Shown in pieces: positions 1 through 9,514 of a stretch of 64,000 bases of DNA. A program made the position numbers and the translations under genes. The stretch is from the sequence record AB897757.1. One strand, 5' to 3'. The notes beneath the pieces are model-generated. The model searched no databases, was not told the DNA's origin, and saw nothing but the letters and a program-made list of their open reading frames with translations. How positions within the stretch are numbered: the stretch's first letter is position 1; each line of letters begins with the position of its first letter. Origin of the DNA: Klebsiella phage K64-1.

Positions 1-158
1 AAATCCCAACCAATAAACCCGTAGTTAGCATCAAATGCTCTCTCTCCTTTTCTGGTATTGAAGTGATTGAGAAGGTCTTGACGAATCAATTCTTCATTGT
101 ATAATGTTTTTGTTCTACCCTGTGATGGAGTAGAGAATCCTTTAAAAACAACAGCCAT
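1..158 (-). CDS. 25: baseplate wedge protein gp25-like (partial; N-terminal 52 aa, continues past window start)
   Basis: Minus-strand ATG at 158..156 with aggaaa RBS. Translation MAVVFKGFSTPSQGRTKTLYNEELIRQDLLNHFNTRKGERAFDANYGF matches the TRKGxRxFDPxFG core of T4 gp25 / P2 gpW. Not in the ORF track because it is truncated. Confidence 0.6.
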   Translation of the reverse strand, partial: MAVVFKGFSTPSQGRTKTLYNEELIRQDLLNHFNTRKGERAFDANYGFIGWD

Positions 159-172
159 ATATTAATTTCCTG

Positions 173-661
173 TTATGCAGCAGATTCGACGATTTTAGCC
201 ATTTTATCTGCACGAGATGTAGTTTGACGATACCACAGTGAATCACGCATCTGACGTCCTGCTTCTTTATAATCAGCACGACCTAAAGCAGCAAGTGCTT
301 TTTTGAAGTTAAGCACTTTTGATTTACCCATTTGAAATACCATTAGCCATAGAACACGCTGTACGCTCTCTGGAGCAGTCATACCGAATTGTTGATAGAT
401 TGCCTTAGCATCATTGTATGCTTGCTTAGCGTCCTTCAGGAGCAGTGCATCAGCCTCTTTTTCAGTTAGTCCGTTTTTAAAGTTCTCGTCTTTTAAAACC
501 AGATGACCATAACCAATAGTATCTAGACCTAAACTGTCTTTGTATACCCAGAATTTGTTATTTTTAAAATAACCAAGTTTAGACTGATACGCGATAGTAC
601 CTTCAAACTCTTTGACTTCAGTAAAAAACTGTTTATCATCACTAGAAATAGACCAGCCCAT
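173..661 (-). CDS. e: T4-type lysozyme (GH24) endolysin
   Basis: 162 aa. VYKDSLGLDTIGYGHLV and MVFQMG motifs align with T4 lysozyme IYKDTEGYYTIGIGHLL and MVFQMG. Similar length. Confidence 0.85.
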   Translation of the reverse strand: MGWSISSDDKQFFTEVKEFEGTIAYQSKLGYFKNNKFWVYKDSLGLDTIGYGHLVLKDENFKNGLTEKEADALLLKDAKQAYNDAKAIYQQFGMTAPESVQRVLWLMVFQMGKSKVLNFKKALAALGRADYKEAGRQMRDSLWYRQTTSRADKMAKIVESAA

Positions 662-697
662 ATTTTTACCTCTTTTACTTAAATTTACTTGACTTTG

Positions 698-705
698 TAT
701 TTATA
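698..705 (-). promoter_or_regulatory. T4-type late promoter TATAAATA upstream of lysozyme gene
   Basis: Reverse complement reads TATAAATA about 37 nt upstream of ATG at 661. RBS gaggt precedes the start. Confidence 0.4.
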
Positions 706-771
706 TTAGAGTACATTTGTGTAGTAAAAATATTTGAATACTAAAAGTTGTTAATTATTTAAGGTGTTTAA

Positions 772-1194
772 ATGAGATATGATGTTATAAATGATGTTAG
801 ATCTGTTTCTGTGGTTAATAAAAAGTACTTCTATAAACCAAAAGGTAAAAACAATAAGAAGTATGAAACCATGATTGATGAATACGGAACAGAAGTGATT
901 TGTAGTGATGTACCACTTGATTTACCAGAATTATCATATGAATACAATTCTTCAATTGAATACAATGGTGTTGAATTTATTTATAGAACGTATATTCGTG
1001 ATAATTATGAAATAGAAGATGATGTAATATACAGACGTATGACAGATTACACTGAAATGGATGAAGATGAGCTATTCCAGTACTCATTGGTATTCGAGAA
1101 TGATAATTTTTCATTTCATGATGCAGTTAAAATACAAAAATGGTTAATTATGAGATATCGTGTTGTTAATACCACGATTAATGTGGATTTATAA
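772..1194 (+). CDS. hypothetical protein
   Basis: 140-aa ORF transcribed divergently from the lysozyme gene. No recognisable motif. Confidence 0.5.
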   Translation: MRYDVINDVRSVSVVNKKYFYKPKGKNNKKYETMIDEYGTEVICSDVPLDLPELSYEYNSSIEYNGVEFIYRTYIRDNYEIEDDVIYRRMTDYTEMDEDELFQYSLVFENDNFSFHDAVKIQKWLIMRYRVVNTTINVDL

Positions 1195-1205
1195 GAGAGA
1201 TTATA

Positions 1206-1664
1206 ATGCCTGGAAAACCAGAGAAAATTTATGACAATACAGAATTAACCATTATACTGAAAAATGTAAACAATTACAAGAATCTAAGTCCAGAAGCAAG
1301 GGAGATATTCAAAGAAACGAATATCAAGTACAAACCGAGCGGTGCTGAAAGACCCTATGATATGGATCATATTTACTATATGATTAGAGTTCTAACTGAG
1401 GTGTCACTTGATTCAGTACGAAAGAGTTTAATTCTAAGGACAGGTGTCGTATTATCTAACAAGTCAATACAAAGATATAAGCGTGTTGTAATAGAAGTAT
1501 CAAAAGCATTGTTATGTACACACAGAAATGGTATTGCTTTGCATATCAAAAAAGAAGAAGGAAAACACTATTTGACAGATCAACAAAGTTCCAGATTGAA
1601 CACTTTAAGGAAAAAGGGTGTCCCTATTGAGGACATGATAAATTACCTACAGAAACTGCTCTAG
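1206..1664 (+). CDS. hypothetical protein
   Basis: 152-aa ORF. Spacing of 11 nt after the previous ORF suggests an operon. No recognisable motif. Confidence 0.5.
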   Translation: MPGKPEKIYDNTELTIILKNVNNYKNLSPEAREIFKETNIKYKPSGAERPYDMDHIYYMIRVLTEVSLDSVRKSLILRTGVVLSNKSIQRYKRVVIEVSKALLCTHRNGIALHIKKEEGKHYLTDQQSSRLNTLRKKGVPIEDMINYLQKLL

Positions 1665-1783
1665 CCCAGTATTCATGCGGGTTGTAGGAATTAGGGACAC
1701 CTTTTTGTGTGTTTTTTTGATGCAGTGTCCCTAATTCAGACCAAGAACCCAGTATTCATGCGGGTTGTAGGAATTAGGGACAC
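1665..1783. repeat. two perfect 36-nt direct repeats (1665-1700, 1748-1783) plus an inverted copy of the repeat 3' end (1725-1737), forming a 13-bp stem with a 24-nt loop
   Basis: cccagtattcatgcgggttgtaggaattagggacac occurs twice, 83 nt apart. gtgtccctaattc is the reverse complement of gaattagggacac. The element starts immediately after the stop of the 1206..1664 ORF. Confidence 0.85.
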
Positions 1784-2079
1784 TCTATTATTAAATTCAT
1801 ACTTTTTCCTGTCCTTAATTCAATAGGTCGCTACGCTCAAATATTGATCTTCGTCACTCCGTTCCTCGATCAATATTAAAATCGGCAATTTGCGTTTTGT
1901 TCTCGATTCGCAAGCGAACCAATCACAAACCCGCAGCGAATTGCGAATCTCCCTTCGGTCAGTCAGTAATACTGCTTTTGGGAGAAAGCAACTCTCGGAG
2001 TGATGAAAAACGAATTCCATTCGGCTCATGAAAAACCAACGAATAGTCGGTTCTGTTGAATTACTTGAATTATAATTGT

Positions 2080-2162
2080 CTGTATTCACTTCTAAGGAGT
2101 TTTATACACTTCCTTAGTGGTTCTATGTCTTAAACAAGAAAACACATCAGAATGCGATACAG
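2080..2162. repeat. 83-nt repeat copy 1 with internal stem-loop (ctaagga...tccttag)
   Basis: About 90 percent identical to 2304..2386. Contains taaggag and the complementary cttccttag flanking a ttttataca loop. Confidence 0.8.
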
Positions 2163-2303
2163 GAATTCTCGTAGCTATTATCAAAGCAGTTACTATCCAT
2201 TGTAATATCTGCTCCATTAAAAGGACGCCCAATTCAGTACTGAAAAACTTTTGTGAGTAAGTCATTTCAAACTGATTAATTTAAGGACACCCATTTAAAT
2301 TAA

Positions 2304-2386
2304 CTGTATCCACTTCTAAGAAGTTTTATACAATTCCTTAGTGGTTTTATGTCTTAAACAAGAAAACGCCTCAAAATGCGATACAG
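2304..2386. repeat. 83-nt repeat copy 2
   Basis: Aligns to 2080..2162 with about 7 mismatches. Same internal inverted repeat. Confidence 0.8.
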
Positions 2387-2417
2387 AGCGTTTTATGTGG
2401 TGTTACAGAAATAACAA

Positions 2418-2445
2418 AAGGAGCACAAGGCTCCCTTTGTTATTA
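2418..2445 (-). terminator. rho-independent terminator downstream of gp5-like gene
   Basis: ggagc-acaag-gctcc hairpin. On the minus strand it is followed by a U-run (ttttgttatttct). Confidence 0.5.
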
Positions 2446-5106
2446 TTACTGACATGCCTCAAGACGACGTGCCATAAACTCAGCACGTCTTGTTGTTTGA
2501 CCATACCATGCAGAGTTGCGAATGTGTGCTGCTGCCAGGCGATAGTTTCCCTGTGCCATAGCACCAAGCATACCCGTAAATTGTTGTACGCCCCCTTTAC
2601 CCATCTGGAATACCATCTCGACTAGTACAAGTTGAGCCATATATGGTGTTTTCATCTTATAAGATGCATAGATAGAACTTGCATCGTTGATTGCCTTTGT
2701 ACTATCACGAACCAACATTGCATCAGCTTGTTCTTCAGTAATACCTGAACTGAAGTTTTCACCACGTAATACTAGGTGTCCATAACCAATAGTTGGGAAT
2801 CCTCTACTATCAGTATAAGTCCAGAATTTATCATTTCTAAAGTACCCTTTTGCTTGTTGATATTGTTTAGTACCTTCAAACTCTTTGAGTTCTGGCATTA
2901 ATGTAGAATCACCTGGTTTGATTTGCCAATCCACCGCAGTTTTATCTACTGTACCAATATTCATTTCTTGTGGGGAGTAATTAACCACTGTACTGCTTTT
3001 TGATGTTCTTGGTCGTCTAACCGGAACATGACGAGACCCACGTTGTGCATAACCAGAACCAATTGTTTGTATCTTGGTACTAACAACCAGTTCATTACTA
3101 TCATTACCAGACACCACTACTGTGTTAGATGATGTTTCTTTAGTAGCTTTACCTTGTATTAGTGTTTTATTTGCACATTCTGAACCCGTACCAGTTTGGG
3201 TAGCATAGAATAGACCAGGATCTACCGTACCACTAAAACCATATAAATTGGCTGAATCGACGCGAATTTCAAATTTCAAAATACCACTTGCAGTACCAAT
3301 TTCTTGTCCTTTTTGTACTACATCTTTACTATACAATGAAGTTTTCAAACCATAAAATACTGATTTATACCCAGAATTATGTACAATATACACTGCATTA
3401 TTATATATACCAACTGTACCGGCATCAGGTGCAACTACAGTAGAATTACATTGTATTTCCCAGCCATTATGATCTGTTGTACTTCCTTTATTATCAGTTA
3501 TATTTTTACCCCAATACCCGTACTGACGAATAATACCATTACATGGCATTAACATGTGAAGACCTTCATATGTTTGGGAATAACCATTCATACCAGTGTC
3601 AGTCATTAAATCTTGTGTCTGCACTTGAGATGTTTCTGGGGCGTATGAGATGAACTGTACGGCCTCCTGTTGTTGAGCCTGTACCACCTGTGGCTGGACG
3701 TCATTAGCAGGTTGTGGATGTACTGGTGCCGTAGTTGAACCACTCCCTGAACCATTGTAACCTGTATCTACGGTACTACCATGATTTGATGCATCCTGCC
3801 AGTTTGAAATATTATGAATATGTTCATTAAGTCCAGCATTTGGTGTTTTAAAGTCCGGTGCCATGAATTCAGCAGTACCCTTATTACCTGAAGCATCAAC
3901 TGTAAGATTCTGTCCACCACCACTGATATTAGTGGATGAATCACCGATGATGTTAGCAGTTGAACCTTTCATGGAAACATTACTACCCGCAGTCACATCA
4001 GTACTACTACCGCTTTGTAAACGTAAAGAAGCAGCCGTCACCAATCGTAAATCTGCACCACTATTGATAACTACTTGTCCTTCTATTTTAGAATCCAATG
4101 AACCAAGTAATTCAAGTTTAGTATTACCACTAATACGAGCATTAAGATCCTGTCCAGTTTCTATATTACATGATCTACCAGCAACCATATTAATATCCTG
4201 ACCAGCACGAATGTTAATATTTTTATCGCAGTGAATATTAATATCTCCATCACCGGTAAATGATATACGAGCAGTACCATCACGATTGATTAATAAAATA
4301 TCACCAGTTGCCTCAGATAACATCAACTGAGCACCACTACGAGTACGCAAAACAATACCTTCATTGGTTCTTGCTCCCACCCTGGTATCATTCACTGGGT
4401 TATTGAATTGTGTATCCTGATAAGTATCTGGATCATCATCCCATGAAGGAACATTAAGTTCATCATCGGTATATCCATCATCTAGTACAAAACTATTACC
4501 CCTTGGTGTACTCATACCATATACTGTACTAATCATTTGTCTGGTACTACTTCTGTTAGCTACACCAGCTTCTTTGTCGTATAAAAGGTTTTGTTTTTTT
4601 AAACCTTCAACGATAGGAACATTGACATATTTTTCATTTTGATCAGTACTGATGGTATTTCTGTCATAATCGGTAACTGGTAATGGAGAATCTGTACCAC
4701 TATATTGTGATGTAGTGGAAGTTGCCATACCTGGAACCATTGTGTTCATTCGTTGTTCGTATATACAACCAATCCAGTAAGCTTCATGTGATCTACCCTG
4801 AATGAATATAACAATTACTGGACAGCCTACATCGGGAGGTACCGCCCAGAATCCATAACCTTTTGGATACTGACCGTATGCATCAGCACTCGGTACACCT
4901 GGGGTTTTACCTGCAAATGGAGACATATAAGAACATTCAATCCATGATTTCTTATCGTCTCGTTCACTTTGTGAACCCTGAACCCATACTTTAATTTTAC
5001 CACTCATAGTAGGATCTCGGTTGTCCATAACAATCGCTACCTGTGGATAAGCTGGGTCAAAACGACCCAACTGTTCTTTTGCATACTGTTTACTTGTATC
5101 TACCAT
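2446..5106 (-). CDS. 5: baseplate central spike / tail lysozyme, gp5-like: N-terminal gp5/VgrG OB domain, beta-helix region, degenerate M23 (LytM-like) domain, C-terminal T4-lysozyme (GH24) domain
   Basis: N-terminus VWVQGSQ...ECSYMSPFAG...GFWAVPPDVGCPVIVIFIQG is gp5-like. The middle has repetitive beta-helix-like segments. DHNGWEI...VVAPDAGTV...YIVHNSGY...GQEIGTASG follows the M23 pattern but lacks HxH. The C-terminus PELKEFEGTKQYQQAKGYF...TIGYGHLV...MVFQMG is a lysozyme fold. Confidence 0.8.
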   Translation of the reverse strand: MVDTSKQYAKEQLGRFDPAYPQVAIVMDNRDPTMSGKIKVWVQGSQSERDDKKSWIECSYMSPFAGKTPGVPSADAYGQYPKGYGFWAVPPDVGCPVIVIFIQGRSHEAYWIGCIYEQRMNTMVPGMATSTTSQYSGTDSPLPVTDYDRNTISTDQNEKYVNVPIVEGLKKQNLLYDKEAGVANRSSTRQMISTVYGMSTPRGNSFVLDDGYTDDELNVPSWDDDPDTYQDTQFNNPVNDTRVGARTNEGIVLRTRSGAQLMLSEATGDILLINRDGTARISFTGDGDINIHCDKNINIRAGQDINMVAGRSCNIETGQDLNARISGNTKLELLGSLDSKIEGQVVINSGADLRLVTAASLRLQSGSSTDVTAGSNVSMKGSTANIIGDSSTNISGGGQNLTVDASGNKGTAEFMAPDFKTPNAGLNEHIHNISNWQDASNHGSTVDTGYNGSGSGSTTAPVHPQPANDVQPQVVQAQQQEAVQFISYAPETSQVQTQDLMTDTGMNGYSQTYEGLHMLMPCNGIIRQYGYWGKNITDNKGSTTDHNGWEIQCNSTVVAPDAGTVGIYNNAVYIVHNSGYKSVFYGLKTSLYSKDVVQKGQEIGTASGILKFEIRVDSANLYGFSGTVDPGLFYATQTGTGSECANKTLIQGKATKETSSNTVVVSGNDSNELVVSTKIQTIGSGYAQRGSRHVPVRRPRTSKSSTVVNYSPQEMNIGTVDKTAVDWQIKPGDSTLMPELKEFEGTKQYQQAKGYFRNDKFWTYTDSRGFPTIGYGHLVLRGENFSSGITEEQADAMLVRDSTKAINDASSIYASYKMKTPYMAQLVLVEMVFQMGKGGVQQFTGMLGAMAQGNYRLAAAHIRNSAWYGQTTRRAEFMARRLEACQ

Positions 5107-5117
5107 TATTATTTCCT

Positions 5118-7451
5118 TTAATTGGTATCAGAATTAGAATTTGATGTAGAATCTGAACGTTTTAATGCACGAACTACTAATGCTGCCTGAAGTTGTTGTG
5201 TAAATGAACCACCATTAGAGAACGTACTAACTACTTTATTAACTCTATAAAAAGAACTATTAAAAATTGTTGGGGTACTTACATCCAAAATACCGGTATT
5301 ATCATTAATAGAAACAACTGGTTTAATATTAAGTAAAAGATATGCTTCAGTATCCAGATAGTTAGCATAATAAAAATCATCAACATCCAATGATATTTCT
5401 TGTCCATCCTGAACAATTTGTTTAATGTATTTTAAAAAAGAATAATCACTCCATCCCAACCAGTAAGGATCTCCAACAACTTTCATGTCAAGATTCATTA
5501 GAAAAGGGCGAACATAATAATTATCACGCATGTTACGCCTAACCATTTCTTCTGAACTACTATTATCATTAACGGAAGCACTTGTGGTAGTGTAGTTATT
5601 CTCTGCTTCAGTAGGAACTGCGTAAATTAAATTATCACGAGTGGTAATATTACCAGTATCGCTTCCAGTACCACTGTGCTCAGATGAAACGTTGTCATTG
5701 TAATCTTCTACGTATTCTCGGTTAACTTGAACTTTGAAGTTATTAAGTTCATCCTGTTCTTCTTGTGCTCCAACTTTTTGTAATGGAATAAGTGATTCAT
5801 TAACTTTTTTAACGAATTGTTTTTGTTCATCTGTTAATACAGTACCAAGTTTTTCTTTTGTTTTTAAATCATAAGCAACTTCCCATGCATCCGGTAGTGT
5901 TTTGTACTGAACACCGTCCAGAATAAACGGAGTACTGGCATGAGTACCACCAATATTTTTAGTGTCTTGTATTGGTGTGGGGTTACGTGTTGTAGCAACA
6001 AAAAACTGTTGATCGAATTTTAAATCTAAATTTAAAATTTCCTGGTTAAGACCCGTAAAATGATAATTATAAGTTTTCGCTTTTATTTTTGTTTTGTTAT
6101 CACTTGGATCTATATATTTCTTAGCCTCATTAAAAAATGTTTCAAAATTAAATCTTTCTTTTTCCAAATCTTTCTCATGAACAATATCACCGAGTTTATA
6201 TGGTAAAATATTAAAAATAACTTTATATACAGTAGTATTTCGATATGGATCAAACCCCACATATTCCTGTACTGGAATGATATTAACAAATTGACGAACA
6301 CTTTGTACATCTGCTGGATTACCACAGTTATCAAGTACATCATCGATTATTCTTGAAATTGGTGTACTGGCATTCCATGACAAATACTTTGAACCTTGTT
6401 GACCTGTACTTGTCTTACCTACTTCGGAACTTTGTTTAGAATCATAATTGATATATAAATCTTTAAGAGAAGGAGTGACTCTTAATTCAAAGAATTTTTG
6501 ATCAGAAAGTTCACTAAACAATGGGACAAGATAACCATATTGTCTCATTGACATTTCATTTAATTTATCTTCTAAATCAGCACATAATTCGTCAAAATAT
6601 GCAGCAGTGCAGTTATATTGTTCTTTTAGTGTCCATGAATTATTATCAATTAAACTTCTTGTGTTAGCCACTAATTGCATATTGTATTTCATTACGCTAC
6701 CAGTTTGAGAAGCCTGTGCCAGTACTTTAATCATACGAACCGACCATTTTCTGGTAATATCAGGAATAACTGTTGGTGCTCCATCTTTATATCCAATAAA
6801 TTTTAATTCGAGAATAAGAGGTACATCACCAAATTTCTTATAGCCAAGTTTGTTGCTTAATACAATTAATGTATCATATAAACTCATACTATTATTTTCA
6901 GTAACAGAAATTTCATATGTATTAGAACTATAACAAGTGGTTAAACCTGGAGAAGCTGGAACTGCGTTAGTAATTTTAACATCAGTAATACTATAATTAG
7001 AGGTAACACCACTTTCAGCAATAATATATTCTTGTGATTCCCAGTTTGGCTCTTTGTTAAACATTTTGAAATCATCCGGTGATAATGCATAAAGGGAAAA
7101 ATGCCATGTGTAATTATCATACTGTAATAGAACATTTTCATAATTAACTACATAGTCATTAAAATCTTTTCCATAAAATACACCATCTAATGGTCTATCT
7201 GTGCCATTATTTTCTGGTTGTGGGTTCGCCGCAAATTTGTTATTACTAATAGCACTAACATCATTTTTAAAAGAATTTACTTTATTTTGTAATATAGAAG
7301 AAATGTCTTTTGTAGCACTACTTTCGGATGTTGTAGTACTTGTTGAGTTTGATACACTGCTTGTAGTACTACTTGATGCTGTTTTAGCTTGTTCTACATC
7401 ATCAGCAAATGTTTGTGCTTGTTTTGCTAGATTACTTAAATTGAATGCCAT
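5118..7451 (-). CDS. putative baseplate hub protein (gp27 / P2 gpD position), 777 aa, Ser/Thr-rich N-terminus
   Basis: Sits immediately upstream of the spike gene, downstream of a LysM-like gene, and ahead of the gp25-like gene. This matches the conserved contractile-tail order X-hub-spike-W. No motif-level confirmation. Confidence 0.35.
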   Translation of the reverse strand: MAFNLSNLAKQAQTFADDVEQAKTASSSTTSSVSNSTSTTTSESSATKDISSILQNKVNSFKNDVSAISNNKFAANPQPENNGTDRPLDGVFYGKDFNDYVVNYENVLLQYDNYTWHFSLYALSPDDFKMFNKEPNWESQEYIIAESGVTSNYSITDVKITNAVPASPGLTTCYSSNTYEISVTENNSMSLYDTLIVLSNKLGYKKFGDVPLILELKFIGYKDGAPTVIPDITRKWSVRMIKVLAQASQTGSVMKYNMQLVANTRSLIDNNSWTLKEQYNCTAAYFDELCADLEDKLNEMSMRQYGYLVPLFSELSDQKFFELRVTPSLKDLYINYDSKQSSEVGKTSTGQQGSKYLSWNASTPISRIIDDVLDNCGNPADVQSVRQFVNIIPVQEYVGFDPYRNTTVYKVIFNILPYKLGDIVHEKDLEKERFNFETFFNEAKKYIDPSDNKTKIKAKTYNYHFTGLNQEILNLDLKFDQQFFVATTRNPTPIQDTKNIGGTHASTPFILDGVQYKTLPDAWEVAYDLKTKEKLGTVLTDEQKQFVKKVNESLIPLQKVGAQEEQDELNNFKVQVNREYVEDYNDNVSSEHSGTGSDTGNITTRDNLIYAVPTEAENNYTTTSASVNDNSSSEEMVRRNMRDNYYVRPFLMNLDMKVVGDPYWLGWSDYSFLKYIKQIVQDGQEISLDVDDFYYANYLDTEAYLLLNIKPVVSINDNTGILDVSTPTIFNSSFYRVNKVVSTFSNGGSFTQQLQAALVVRALKRSDSTSNSNSDTN

Positions 7452-7460
7452 AATAACCTC

Positions 7461-7787
7461 TTATTGGACGTTTCTCGAAGTCCCAAGATACGTTTGAATT
7501 CTTTGTGGTGTGGGTACTTTAATAACTAAACCACTTTTAAAATTATAAATTGGATCTTCACCTAATAAATCTGGATTAAGAAGTGCAAAAATATAATACA
7601 AACGTTCATTGCCGTATAATTCATATGATAATCTCCACGGCTGTTCATCGTATTTGGCAGGAATTTCGTAATCCTGATCACTATCCGCCGCCACCATATC
7701 TCTTGGTAAATTATAATCCAGATACCATGTCTTTTCAGTCTTTGCATAAGGAGAAAATTGACTTGGACTTGCATTAGAATTAGACAT
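7461..7787 (-). CDS. LysM-like domain protein, possible gp53 / P2 gpX analogue
   Basis: 108 aa. YELYGNERLYYIFALLNPDL...GLVIKVP resembles the LysM pattern (Y..G......IA..N......I..G..L.IP). Its position before the hub gene fits. Confidence 0.35.
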   Translation of the reverse strand: MSNSNASPSQFSPYAKTEKTWYLDYNLPRDMVAADSDQDYEIPAKYDEQPWRLSYELYGNERLYYIFALLNPDLLGEDPIYNFKSGLVIKVPTPQRIQTYLGTSRNVQ

Positions 7788-8518
7788 TAAATAAATCCTC
7801 CTTTGCGTAATAAGTCTCCACGCTTAAATGAATTGAGATTGAAATTCTTGGTAACATAATCCGATGTGGGTTGCTCTTCTAATTGGATAGTTACAGGGAC
7901 TTTGTGTGGAACCCATACTTCGTTTTGTTGATTCATATAACCATTACTTCTTAATTGATCAAAAAAAGTTCTGGTATCCGCATCACTTAAATTAAATGTA
8001 GTAGTGCTACTATCAACTGGAACCTGAATATAATCAACATCGTTGGTTAAAGAAAAATTATAACTTTTTAAAATAACAGGAATATCATTATATACATATC
8101 TTCCATAAGCACTTAGTAGTAAAATCGGTGGAGGTGCACCAGCAACAGCATAATCGTTATTACTACTCATAGCAGCCTGTCTACCAAAATCCATCAATGA
8201 TACGCTTCTTATGAAATGCATACATGCTAAAGTATACAGTGCTTCTGTTGGTGTATTACTAACGAACTCACCTTGAATATTAAAAATAGTATTACTCGTA
8301 TTTTTATAATTATTATAATTTGAATTTGAATGTACAGGTGATTGTGTTTCATAAACTACTGAACGTTGTTCAGTGATAGTTGGGGTAACATTCCATACTA
8401 AACCATTAGAACTTCTAAGAAAGGATAGTAACGTTGGTGTGGAAGCATCTCCATAATCACCGTATACATAATTCGCACCCGCATCCTTTGGTCTTAATCT
8501 TACACGGCGGTCAATCAT
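7787..8518 (-). CDS. hypothetical tail/baseplate-module protein
   Basis: 243-aa ORF. Its start overlaps the stop of the downstream gene, suggesting translational coupling within the baseplate module. Confidence 0.5.
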   Translation of the reverse strand: MIDRRVRLRPKDAGANYVYGDYGDASTPTLLSFLRSSNGLVWNVTPTITEQRSVVYETQSPVHSNSNYNNYKNTSNTIFNIQGEFVSNTPTEALYTLACMHFIRSVSLMDFGRQAAMSSNNDYAVAGAPPPILLLSAYGRYVYNDIPVILKSYNFSLTNDVDYIQVPVDSSTTTFNLSDADTRTFFDQLRSNGYMNQQNEVWVPHKVPVTIQLEEQPTSDYVTKNFNLNSFKRGDLLRKGGFI

Positions 8519-8556
8519 TTTTATTTCTCCATTAGGACATTTATAATATTTATATT

Positions 8557-8586
8557 TGAATAAAAACTATTTTTTGTACTATAATA
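8557..8586 (+). promoter_or_regulatory. sigma70-like early promoter TTGAAT-18-TATAAT upstream of gp55 gene
   Basis: ttgaataaaaactattttttgtactataat lies about 50 nt upstream of ATG at 8636. Confidence 0.4.
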
Positions 8587-8635
8587 TATACAATGATCCA
8601 TATTATGGACAACGTGCAATCAAAAGGATTTGTAA

Positions 8636-9514
8636 ATGACACGCCCACGCAGAAAAAAATATCTCAATAATGCAGATCTATTGAGAGAAATTCAAAAAAG
8701 CAAAATGACATATTGTTCTGTAATAGATCCTATATACAATATGTATGATTTCATTGTTTTTGATGAATCAGAAATCGATGAAGAGATTCTACAAAAAGCA
8801 AAAACTGCAAGAATCAAACGTCTAAATAATGAAATCCTCGAAAATACAAGGAATGTTCTGAATTGTGGAACTAAAAAGGCTCGTGAACATTGCATTGAAC
8901 AGGATTTATTCTTAAAAGATGTACCAGATGATGAAGTTGTTATTAGAGTAATCACAAATGAACACATTCCAGAAGGAACACGTACAAATTTCGAAGCATT
9001 TAAGCAATATATTATCAGTACTGATGGTGAATTGATTGAAGTTGCTAGAAGTCACTGGAAAGGTGATTTTGAAACCGGAGAATTCACTGTTAATGGTGGT
9101 AAGTTAACTAATGAGCTTGGTAAAATGTTCATTAAGCTGGTTGAAGAGATTTCACATAAAGCTAATTTTAGAAATTATACATACTTAGATGAAATGCAAG
9201 GTGAAGCACGAATTCAGTTGGTAAAAAATGCTCTACTTTTCAAAGAAAGTATGTTGTACAAAAAAGATAAACCTACTAATCAACTAAATCCATTTTCTTA
9301 TTATACAAGTTTCGTAACTAATTCGTTTCGTTCTGTTCTTAATAGTGAAAAAACTGTTCGTAATATCCGAGATGATTTATTGGAAATCAACGGTTTCACT
9401 CCATCACATACACGTCAATTGGAAATTGAAGTACAAATGATTGAACGAAAGAAAGAAGAAGAACAGGAACAAGAAGAAGAGAAAAATATCGATGAAAACC
9501 GACATTTTATTTGA
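8636..9514 (+). CDS. 55: late-transcription sigma factor gp55-like (extended, 292 aa)
   Basis: The N-terminus KKYLNNADLLREIQ resembles T4 gp55 KYNYVNNKELLQAI. It is followed by gp47 and gp46 homologues, as in the T4 55-47-46 order. Confidence 0.65.
   Translation: MTRPRRKKYLNNADLLREIQKSKMTYCSVIDPIYNMYDFIVFDESEIDEEILQKAKTARIKRLNNEILENTRNVLNCGTKKAREHCIEQDLFLKDVPDDEVVIRVITNEHIPEGTRTNFEAFKQYIISTDGELIEVARSHWKGDFETGEFTVNGGKLTNELGKMFIKLVEEISHKANFRNYTYLDEMQGEARIQLVKNALLFKESMLYKKDKPTNQLNPFSYYTSFVTNSFRSVLNSEKTVRNIRDDLLEINGFTPSHTRQLEIEVQMIERKKEEEQEQEEEKNIDENRHFI

Noticed and set aside
1665-1783. Possible mini-CRISPR array (two 36-nt repeats flanking a 47-nt spacer)
   Set aside because: Only two repeats. 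The spacer itself contains an inverted copy of the repeat end. No cas genes or leader. It is better explained as a regulatory, iteron or RNA element.
1820-2089. 89-aa minus-strand ORF in the repeat region
   Set aside because: Low-complexity translation. No RBS. Lies across structured hairpins. Likely noncoding.
1665-2445. tRNA genes, as in the T4 lysozyme-proximal tRNA cluster
   Set aside because: Scanned both strands for T-loop GGTTCRANYCC and cloverleaf spacing. The hairpins present do not form cloverleaves. A covariance-model scan would be needed to fully exclude it.
2341-2625. 94-aa + strand ORF
   Set aside because: Overlaps the terminator and the 3' end of the gp5-like gene on the opposite strand. 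Cys/Leu-rich nonsense translation.
3863-4201. 112-aa + strand ORF antisense to gp5-like gene
   Set aside because: Antisense shadow ORF within a well-supported gene.
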